DNA of 64,000 nucleotides from the IMG/VR virus record IMGVR_UViG_3300028630_000010, positions 2,733-66,732 of that record; one strand, written 5' to 3'. A model generated the notes under the pieces. The model was given only the letters and a program-made list of their open reading frames with translations, did no database searches and was not told where the DNA came from. Below, in pieces: positions 18,110-27,100 of this stretch. The number at the start of each line of letters is the position of its first letter. Positions within the stretch are counted from its first letter, which is position 1. Made by a program: the position numbers and the translations under genes. The stretch is from a virus. Its lineage: Duplodnaviria > Caudoviricetes.

Positions 18110-18138
18110 TTGACAACCCCCGCGCTACTTGATACATT
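18110..18138 (+). promoter_or_regulatory. sigma70-type promoter
   Basis: TTGACA-N17-TACATT with an extended -10 TGn. Confidence 0.75.
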
Positions 18139-18190
18139 AACGGCAATCGAGGGGCAGAGCCCCTCACGGCAACTAAACGGAGTTAAACCA

Positions 18191-18517
18191 ATGTACTCAG
18201 AAAAGTATCGCAGACTACACGAACACACGGGAATGGACTTCACGATCAAGAACACGCCGGACACACGCCCCCAGCCCCCGGTGGCCTTGCAGATGGCCGA
18301 GGAGGGCACGCTGTTGGAGCGGTTGCTGCGCGAGGCGGTGACACCCGAGGAGCGGGAGTTGCTGTGTCTGATCGACGATCTGATAGATGAGGCGTGGCGG
18401 CTGCCCACCGGCAAGGCGCTGAGGGGCGAACTGAGAAAAGCCTTCACCTCCCAAGGCTATTCTAAGAGGCGTTTCTATATAGCCTTCCACAACATCGAAC
18501 AGAGGATTTTGGCATGA
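18191..18517 (+). CDS. hypothetical protein, possibly DNA-binding (108 aa)
   Basis: First ORF after the promoter; helical with a basic C-terminus. Confidence 0.55.
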   Translation: MYSEKYRRLHEHTGMDFTIKNTPDTRPQPPVALQMAEEGTLLERLLREAVTPEERELLCLIDDLIDEAWRLPTGKALRGELRKAFTSQGYSKRRFYIAFHNIEQRILA

Positions 18518-18624
18518 GTAATCTGTCTTACAAAATTGCATGCACAGTGGCCCTTTGGCTACTCAAGGGGCTGTGCATGGGCTTCGGCGCTCTGCTGGCC
18601 TGGAGGATGTGCCGTGGAATCTAA
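18514..18624 (+). CDS. small hydrophobic protein (36 aa, not in the ORF track)
   Basis: ATGA overlap; MSNLSYKIACTVALWLLKGLCMGFGALLAWRMCRGI. Confidence 0.5.
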   Translation: MSNLSYKIACTVALWLLKGLCMGFGALLAWRMCRGI

Positions 18625-19642
18625 CACACACAAAGCGTCCCAGCAACTGATGCCGGGCTTTGAGCCTAGCGAGAAGGACCTGATTGATCGGGCGCTGGCG
18701 CAGCCGTTGGAAGACAAGATACGGCGTTCGATTGAGATGTTTCGCCTTTATGAAGCAGGGGCGTTGCGCATGTCACCGGACGGCTATTATCTGGCGTTTA
18801 GCGGCGGGAAAGACTCATGCGTCATCAAGCAGTTAGCGATTGAGGCGGGCGTGAAGTTTCGGCCCGTCTACAACAACACGACCATCGATCCCCCGGAGCT
18901 GATTCGGTACATTCGGCAACATCATGCGGATGTGTCGTGGAACAATCACCGGACGCCCATGCTCAGGAGGCTGGTTGAAACACCAAACGGCCCGCCGACT
19001 CGACTGTCACGTTGGTGCTGCGAGGCCTACAAAGAGCAGGGTGGGAAAGGTTGTCTAAGGGTGATTGGGGTCAGGATCGCCGAATCCGAAAGACGCGCCA
19101 GGTTATGGAAAGAGTTTCAGCCGCACCGCACCTCTGGCGACGCGATCTTGGCGCCTATCGTATACTGGACAGATGAGGACGTTTGGGCGTTTATCAGGTC
19201 GCGCAACCTCCCATACTGCGAATTGTACGACCAGGGCTTTAAGCGACTCGGCTGCGTCGGCTGCCCGATGGCCGGCCCGGCAGCGCGGCGCAAAGAGTTT
19301 GCGCGGTGGCCGGGATACGAGAGGGCATGGAAAAAGGCCATCTTCTTGTTTTTCGCGGCATGGAAAGGCGTTCCGCTGGAGCAGCCTTATTGGGAGAAAC
19401 TTGCTCCCCGCAAACGATACTCCCCACTAGCGACACAGTTCGGTATCGGGACTGTCGATACCGCTAAAGAGGCACAACTGTTAAGATGCCCCATCGGCAC
19501 ACAGGTAAGAACGCAACTGCATTGGTGGCGCTGGTTCGAGCCGATGAAGTCGCCACAAGAATTGTGGGACTGGTGGCGTTCAGGCAAGGCATCTGAGGGT
19601 GAAGCGCAGTGCTTCCAAGAAGAGATGATGATGGATGTCTAA
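18614..19642 (+). CDS. PAPS-reductase-family (PP-loop, Fe-S) protein
   Basis: Motifs LAFSGGKDS, RWCC, GVRIAES, PIVYWTDEDVW and RLGCVGCP; GTG start after GGAGG. Confidence 0.88.
   Translation: MESNTHKASQQLMPGFEPSEKDLIDRALAQPLEDKIRRSIEMFRLYEAGALRMSPDGYYLAFSGGKDSCVIKQLAIEAGVKFRPVYNNTTIDPPELIRYIRQHHADVSWNNHRTPMLRRLVETPNGPPTRLSRWCCEAYKEQGGKGCLRVIGVRIAESERRARLWKEFQPHRTSGDAILAPIVYWTDEDVWAFIRSRNLPYCELYDQGFKRLGCVGCPMAGPAARRKEFARWPGYERAWKKAIFLFFAAWKGVPLEQPYWEKLAPRKRYSPLATQFGIGTVDTAKEAQLLRCPIGTQVRTQLHWWRWFEPMKSPQELWDWWRSGKASEGEAQCFQEEMMMDV
19429..19623. repeat. 195-bp perfect direct repeat, copy 1
   Basis: Identical on reading to 19955-20149. Confidence 0.9.
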
Positions 19643-19826
19643 CACTGATTATGAAAGAGAGGCAGACATGGGAATAAAGATCGATACGCTTCCTCCTGCG
19701 CTGCGAGCCCAGGTCGAGCGCAAAGCCTTCGTTGAGTGGGCGAGGTCGCATATCCAGAACGACCAAGCTCAGGCCGCGCCGCTTGCGGCGTCGAGCTTGG
19801 AGCGCCTTGTTGGGCAGGAGGATTGA
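19635..19826 (+). CDS. hypothetical protein (<=63 aa)
   Basis: Overlaps the PAPS-reductase stop; lies between the 195-bp repeats. Confidence 0.5.
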   Translation: MSNTDYEREADMGIKIDTLPPALRAQVERKAFVEWARSHIQNDQAQAAPLAASSLERLVGQED

Positions 19827-19831
19827 ACAAC

Positions 19832-19993
19832 ATGCAATGCTCTATATGCGGCGGCCTCGTGATCTGGAAAGGGCCGCTATCGAATCCGACACACACTGAA
19901 TGCCAACGCTGTGGCGCGATGAATAGCCAGATTGCAGATGATCTCGATGAAGGCAGCGACACAGTTCGGTATCGGGACTGTCGATACCGCTAA
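19832..19993 (+). CDS. small Zn-ribbon protein (53 aa)
   Basis: AGGAGG RBS; CSIC...CQRC. Confidence 0.6.
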   Translation: MQCSICGGLVIWKGPLSNPTHTECQRCGAMNSQIADDLDEGSDTVRYRDCRYR

Positions 19994-20149
19994 AGAGGCA
20001 CAACTGTTAAGATGCCCCATCGGCACACAGGTAAGAACGCAACTGCATTGGTGGCGCTGGTTCGAGCCGATGAAGTCGCCACAAGAATTGTGGGACTGGT
20101 GGCGTTCAGGCAAGGCATCTGAGGGTGAAGCGCAGTGCTTCCAAGAAGA
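19955..20149. repeat. 195-bp perfect direct repeat, copy 2
   Basis: Identical on reading to 19429-19623. Confidence 0.9.
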
Positions 20150-20164
20150 AATGGATATGAACGT

Positions 20165-20356
20165 ATGAGAACCGAGCAATGTGAAAAGTGCCCCCACCTC
20201 CGCGCCTCCGATGCCGTGTGCGGGCGCAAGGGGATTCCAATCTCCAAGATCAGGGGGTGCTCCCTCTCTTCGGCCGGAAAGCGGTTCTTTCGGCCCGTGA
20301 GCGGGAAAGAGTGGTACCGATTGAAGTTCATCAACAGAAAGGCAGTGGAGACATGA
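20165..20356 (+). CDS. small Cys-containing hypothetical protein
   Basis: ATGA overlap; CEKC...C...C. Confidence 0.5.
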   Translation: MRTEQCEKCPHLRASDAVCGRKGIPISKIRGCSLSSAGKRFFRPVSGKEWYRLKFINRKAVET

Positions 20357-20441
20357 GCAAGCGTACCGTCACGATGAAGAGTCTGATAGACGAGAACGCT
20401 ATTTTGAATGAGTGCCACATGTCGCAGAAGAGGAGAATGTC

Positions 20442-21152
20442 ATGACAAAGAAATTCCTGAAGGAGTGGGGTTTGACCAGCGCCGCAGATAGGGACTTTGA
20501 TGCGTTAATGTATTCCCCCAGAAAATTGAAGCTGTATCAAAGCTGGCTGGATGGGGGGGTTCGTATCGCACGGACAGGGGGTAGAGTTGAGATGAAAGAG
20601 GGGGTCAATGAAGTATGGTGGGTATTTAACACCCCCGCCCGCGCCGTCAAGTTCGCCGCCGCGCTCAACAAGCTCCGGAGGCCGCTGCACCTGATCAAGC
20701 AGGATCTCGATCAGGACTGGGCCGAGCGGGTGAAGAAACGCGACAACTACATCTGCGCCGGGTGCAACGTGATGGGCGACAAGATCGGGGGGACTGTCAT
20801 CGCGCACACCGAGATCGACAAAGACACGGGCGAAACGAGGCTCGTCAAGGAGCGAATCAAGAAGGACGTACTCACGGCGCACCATTGGCTGAAGACCAAG
20901 AGCCGCGCCGGTATGGCTCGCTGGGCACGTGCCTGCGGCGTAACCTATCACTACGCCGAACACATCCACACCCTGCATGAAAACCCCTGCTGGGTTGATC
21001 TGGAGAAGATTTACCGCGCTGTCGCCATCGCCGAGGGCGAGGAGGCCATCAAAGCCGCCCTGGCGCTGGTGAACGTCAAGCCCACCGAGGCCCGCGTCAG
21101 GGCGCTCTGGCTGGAGAGGTGCGGGAATAAGAAGACGGAGGTGAAAGCGTGA
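20442..21152 (+). CDS. HNH/NinG-like nuclease, possible junction resolvase
   Basis: AGGAG RBS; VKKRDNYICAGC...LTAHH...EHIHTLH. Confidence 0.6.
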   Translation: MTKKFLKEWGLTSAADRDFDALMYSPRKLKLYQSWLDGGVRIARTGGRVEMKEGVNEVWWVFNTPARAVKFAAALNKLRRPLHLIKQDLDQDWAERVKKRDNYICAGCNVMGDKIGGTVIAHTEIDKDTGETRLVKERIKKDVLTAHHWLKTKSRAGMARWARACGVTYHYAEHIHTLHENPCWVDLEKIYRAVAIAEGEEAIKAALALVNVKPTEARVRALWLERCGNKKTEVKA

Positions 21153-21156
21153 AAAT

Positions 21157-24100
21157 CTACATGCCTCTCAGCCTGTCGAGCTTGTCCTGAATCCGCCCAG
21201 CCTCGAGCTCCTTCATCTCGGGACTCATCTTCCTGTCGTTCATGATGTCGCGTTGTTTTCTCTTCAGGCTTTCTAACTCCTCGGCATTTTTCGTGTAGCC
21301 TTCGGCCACCTGTTGCGCCAGCTCGGCGTTGATGGGCAGACTTCGCGCCAGCATCCCCAACAATTCCATTGACATCCAATTCACGAACAGGAAGGGGTTG
21401 CGAACGGGCTCGATCCCTTGGTCAGGATCACCCATATAGAGTTCCCCAGCCGTCTGTAGCGAAAGGGGCACCGGGGCAATCGAACGCAGCAGGTTCAAGT
21501 AGCGCCGGTCGTAGCCGGGTTGATGGGGCTGGGCGCGCGGCCCCGCAGCCTGCCCCTCGTAATTCTTTCCCCGCGCCAGGTCGATGAACATCCCCGTCAG
21601 CGGTTTGAGCTTAGATCGCGCAAACCGGCCGAGGGCGGCATAGTCGCCTTTTTCGCGTTTGTATTGCTCGGTTATCACGAGTCCGGTTTCGGTCGCGAGT
21701 TTGTCCCCATTGTCGATCACGCTTATGACATCCCGCGCCCATTCCGGCAATAGGTCTATCAGTCCGCCCCCCAGGAAATTCATCGCCGCGCGATCCCAAG
21801 TCGCCTGTCCTCCTGTGATGTCGACGCGTTGTTGCCCGAACATGAGTTGGGTGTAAGCGGGATGCCCCGATCTGAACTGGAACCGCTGTTGGTCTTTGTC
21901 GTCATACAGTAACCAAGAGAGAACCCGCGCGATGAAACTCAGCGTGGCGTACCCGATGCCCGACCGCACATACTCCATCAGGATCATCTTACGGGCCTGC
22001 CGGCTATAGCGGGGATTAGCCAGCATCCCGAACATGCGCCGATAGTATTGCGCGTTCGCCAGCGCCAGCCGGGGCGAGTAAAGAAGGTGTCGCCCGAAGT
22101 CGATTACCGCGCGGGCGGTTTGGGTGCTCATATCCCCGCGGCCGCCAAAGATATCCACCGTGCTCACGATGGCGTAGATGTCGTCTTCGTTCGGGGTCTC
22201 CCCTTTGGCGACACTCATCTGGTTGTAAAGCTGTTTGGCGACGGTGAACCGAAGCAGGTTGCTCATCCCGGCATAATGGTTGTTCGACACCCCCAAGACC
22301 GATGTGACGAATCGCGTGGCTTTACTTGGGAGCATGTTGTTCAACAGCGGGCCGACGGGGATTTGCTGCTCGTCGAAGGAGGTGGGGTCGGCGGTGATGT
22401 CCATCCAATCCAACCCGCCTTTGCGGACAAGGATATCGAAGAGAGGGTCTTCCCGTTGTGCTTGATCGAGTTCGTAGTAATACCTGTCGGAACGCTCCTG
22501 CCATGTGAGAGTGCGCCCTGTGTCATCGGTCATCCCCGACCTATGGAAGACAATGTGCTGTGACTGAGCGAACGCCCGCGCCCACATGATCGGGTGCGCC
22601 CGGCCGATCTTTATGAGCTGGCGCCCGGCCACGCTCTCGTCGACCATGGATTGCAGACCTTGGATGATGTTCTCCACTCCCTCGAACGCCATGAGCGCTT
22701 TCTTGGGAAGGGGGGCCGAACGCCAGCGGGCTTTCAGTCGCTCCACTTGCGCCCGCTCCATCTCTGCTTTGAATTCCTTGTAGAGGTTCGCGGCGTTCTC
22801 AATAACCGCCCGGCGTCGGGCGATCTTGGCCTTGGTGCCCTTCCCCAGCTTCTCGATGAGCTTCCTCACGCGTTTCAGGCGCTCGTTGGCCGTCTTCAGC
22901 TCTTCGTCGGTCTTCTGATACGCGGCCAGCTTTTCGGCGTGGAGCTTGGTTAGGTCGGCAAGCTGCTTTTCGAGGGAGGCCAGAAGCTCGGGGGAAGCCC
23001 CCGCGTACTCCGCATCCAGCGCGTCAAGCTTCGCCTGCAGGGCGTCGACCTTCCCCTGAAGCTCCTCCACCTGCTGATTCAGGGCCTCGCGCAGGGCGAT
23101 CTCGTTCTCGATCCCGGCGATCTGCGCTTCAAGTTGCGCCTTCTTCTCGGAAAAGGCGGTCGCCTCTCTGGATTGCTTGGCGTATTCCGCCTCCAGCGCC
23201 GCCTTCTTCGCCTCCAGCCTGTCCACTTCCGTCTTGACGGCGGCGCGGGCGGCTGTGACATCGGCCAGCTTCTTTTCGAGTTCGACCACGCGGGTGTCAA
23301 GCTCCCCCTCGCCGTCGGGGAGGGTGGCAGCGTCCACATAGTCGTTCCACTTCTTTTCGAGAATGTCGATACGAGCCTTCAGCTTCTCAAACTCGGCGCG
23401 GGTCAGTTCTCTCCCTATGTCTTCCCTTGCCTGGCGGTAAATCTTCACGATGTCGAAGGCGTGATCCACGCGCAGCTTCAACGCTTGCAGCGCCTGACCG
23501 GCCAGCGAGCCGTACTGGCGCGCGGCGTTAAGATAGTCGATGGTTTCGCGGTTAAGACTGTCCCGCATCATATCGACGGCATTGAGGTTATTTAAGTCAT
23601 GAGCCTCCACAGCCGCTTGCGCTTGCCGGTCGCTGTCCTTGGCACGCTCGTCGAGGTCGGTCTGATACCAGAGCATGATCGCGGTTTGCAGTTTGTCCAA
23701 GGGGCGGGTGGTTGCGCCTGTGAGACGCTCCGCCGTCAGCTTTTGGGCGATGTCTCGCAGGAAGAGCTTGCCGCCTACATCCAATGCTTCACGCACATGG
23801 GCGGCGGCTGCTTCGTCGGTGATGGTGGGCACGCCCTGCAGCGCCTGAGCGTACAGCCGCGCCCGCTTTACGTCCAGCGACTCCTTTGTCTGATCAAACA
23901 CGGGGCGGGTGTCGCCCTTCTCGTTGACGGGCGTGTCTATGGCGAGGGTGCCCCTGTCCTGAATGATCGGCGGGGCCTCATCCCGTGCGCCCGACTCCAC
24001 CTCCATTTGGAAGGCGTGCCGCTCGATCATGTCGAGGGCGACCAGATCGATATGCTGACGCAGGATGTAGTCGCGCACCGCGTCCGTACCCTCCCGCTCG

Positions 24101-27100
24101 CCGATCATCTCTAAGGTGGCTTTCTCCTCGCCCTGAAGGGAGTCGAAGACGAAGCCCACGGCCTTGCCGAGATTTTCCTCGATGTTCTTCATGCCGGCGA
24201 GGTGGGGACTCTCGGAGAAGGTCTCCAGCGCGTTACGCCGGACGGCCTGCCGCTCCTTCTGCTCGCGGTACAGGGCGCGGGAGCGCTCCACCTCCGCCAT
24301 AAAGGCGTTGGCGAAGGTCTCCACATCGTCGAAGTTCAGCTCCTTCGCCAACTGGTCGATGTTGCCGCGGCTCTTCTTCTCGCCCAGCGCCGCCTTGGGG
24401 TACCGGAAAAATGCCTTCCGCTCGGCGAGATTGAACGCCTTGAGCCCGCCGGCCTCGGTGAACCAATCGTACTCGCCCTTCCTCCCGATGGCGCCCCGGG
24501 GGATGATGATCGGGCTGCCGCCCCGGATGTGGTCGAGGATGGGGAAGCCCACGGGGTCGTCGTTCTCAAGCTGCGCCTGCGTGCGCAGCTCTCCCACCCG
24601 CACGGGAGCGGAGATGTCGTCGTCCAGAGTGACGCCGGGAAGTTTGAAGCGGATGTCGGCCCGGGCGTCGTCGAAGCGGCGCGAAAGGGGGATCAGGTCG
24701 CCGTTGTCATCGTATGTGGCGGCGTCGGCGGACTTGATCTGCGAGGGCTTAAAGACGGCGTAAGTATCTGATCGCGCTCCATTCTCGAAGTTTTGAATGT
24801 TGCGAACGTGAACTCCATCTTTTCCTGCCTCGCGAGCGTCACGAATCCATCGTTCCATCACATCTGGTTCGTAAAGCTCGCCGTGTGCGTCCACTTCCGC
24901 AAAATTTCCCTTGAGCCATGCACGAACAGACGAGGTTGATCCTCTCGGATACGGAAACTGAACAGCTTCGTCTTTGGAATCGCTAAAGAAAATCGCTTCC
25001 TCTTTACCCTCACGACTTGTCCGAAACTCCGTGATTGGAGAAATGCTGCGAGTACCATGCCAGCCTTCCACATCATACCCCGCCGCCTTCGCCGCCTCGT
25101 CCACCATCCTCTGCGCGGTATCCATGTCGCCCCGCGACACGGCGTCGGCATGTTCGGCATCGAGCTTGACGCCGGGAAGTTTGAAGCGGGGTTGCCCCTG
25201 CATCACGGAGTCGCGCATGGCGGGGGTGATCGGGAGAGAGTGCGCAACCACCACATTCTTGTCATGATACGAAGTGGCATACCCTTCGCCCATAAGCCCG
25301 CGCTGGCGCATTACAGTATGCGCCTGCTCGGCGGTAGCGTACCTGTCCTGATTGACAGGAACGCCGTCGCGCAAAATCGCCCAACCGTCAACCTCGGCCC
25401 CCATTTTCACATCCTCCACCCGTGCCCCGAACTTCTTGCCGATGTCGTTTGCGATGGAGGGGAGTATCTGGTCGTAGAACGTCCTCATGCCCTCGCCGCC
25501 GACCTTGAGGTCGAGGCCGCGCAGGGTGAAGAAAGCCGGGTTGGAGGGGGCGGACTTGGGCCACGGCTTACCCTTGTTGCGGTCCGCGCCCTCGATGAGC
25601 TTGGCCGCTAAGTCTTTCCCGATGGTGTCTTCCATCTCGGCGGGGGTGAGCTTCTTGCCGGAGCGCGAGTACGGCGCGATCTCATCGCCCCGCATGTCCT
25701 CGATGATCAGGTTGTACGTCCCGTCTCCGTTGGATATGGCAGAGGCCATGCTGATATGCTTACTCAGGTCATACCGTTCCGCCTGCTGCTCGCCAGTGGT
25801 CCACGCTATTCTATCGAAGTTGTTCTCGGCCGCCCAGCGCAGCATCCGCTTGAACGCCAGCCGCGCCCAGCCCTTGCTGGTGTCCTTGAAGGGGGCGTCG
25901 GGAACGCCTTCGGCGGCTTTACTTATCGCCGCCTCCTTGGTGCCGCCGACGATCTTCGTAACCTCGTTGCCCTTGGCATCGTTTATTTGCCAATGGTTGA
26001 ATCCCGCATCCGGCGCAGAAAGCAGTCGAGCCGTCCACCCAGTAGTGTCTTTTGCGTACCCCTTCTTCTTGCCCTCCTGATGCCGGTCCGATTGAACCTC
26101 CTCCAAGAACAGGGTCTTGTCCCCGTTGGCGGCTTGCCTTTCATTGAAGCGGATATGTGCAAGGACGTTGGGTTCTTCCCAGTGGGAGGAACGGTATTGT
26201 TCCCCGACAGGCACATCTTGATAATATTCGGCCAAGTGCTGTTTGGCCTCGCTTTCATAATCGTACCCCTTGCCAACAGTGCGCCCCTTGTTATTGTCGA
26301 AAACCCACCAATACCCATTTTCTTCTACAAGGTAGTACCTTTCTCTGTTCGGCAGCGTCAGCAGAAGCTCCCGGTAGTTCTCGCCGCCGGGAAGCTGGTA
26401 CTGCTCAAATTTCGTGGCGTTGTCGAGGTCTTTCCCGATGCGCAAACGCCGCGCAAGCTGTTCATATCGGGCGTCTTGTTCAGGCGTCCTATCGCGCCCG
26501 AGTCGTGCAAGTGGCGTCAGCTCTTCCTGCATGTCAAGCTCCGCCTGCGTCTGCCCCTTCACCACCTCCCGGATCTCCACGTCCTTGGTCGCCTCCAGCA
26601 CCTCCGCCTTGGTCACATAGTCGCCGGGGTTCTTGCCGTCCAGAAAGTCCTTGAGGCCCGTCCACTCGATCTCGTCCGCCTTGACGCCGGAGCGGGACGG
26701 GTCGATCATGCCGCGCAGGGCCATGACGGTCATGCGGTTCGGCATCTTGGCCTCCAGCGTGCGCCGGAGCTGGCTGAAGAAGACAGGCTCGGCCGCTGCG
26801 TCGAGCTTCACCCCCGCCAGTTTGAACCTCGGGGCGTTTCTCGCCACAGCATCCTGCCCCCCGACCTTGGCCTCGTCCGAGACGATCTGCGTCGCCTGGA
26901 GGGCGGGATGAAGGGCGGCAAGATTCTTCAGCGCCGTGTTAGCTTCATCGACCCCCAGATAAGGGCCGGTCACATACCCCCGCGAATCCGGAGTGTCCCG
27001 CAGACGGCTTTCCGCCCCGGCCGCGCGCATGATCTCTGCCACGGTGATTTTTTTCGACTTGGATTTAGCGGGAGTGGCGATGCGGAACGCGAACACCGCC

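Noticed and set aside
19429-20149. Diversity-generating retroelement (TR/VR pair)
   Set aside because: The copies are identical with no adenine-specific differences, and no reverse transcriptase is visible.
19932-20168. 78-aa ORF as an independent gene
   Set aside because: It is the duplicated PAPS-reductase C-terminus with a fortuitous start; treated as part of the repeat finding.
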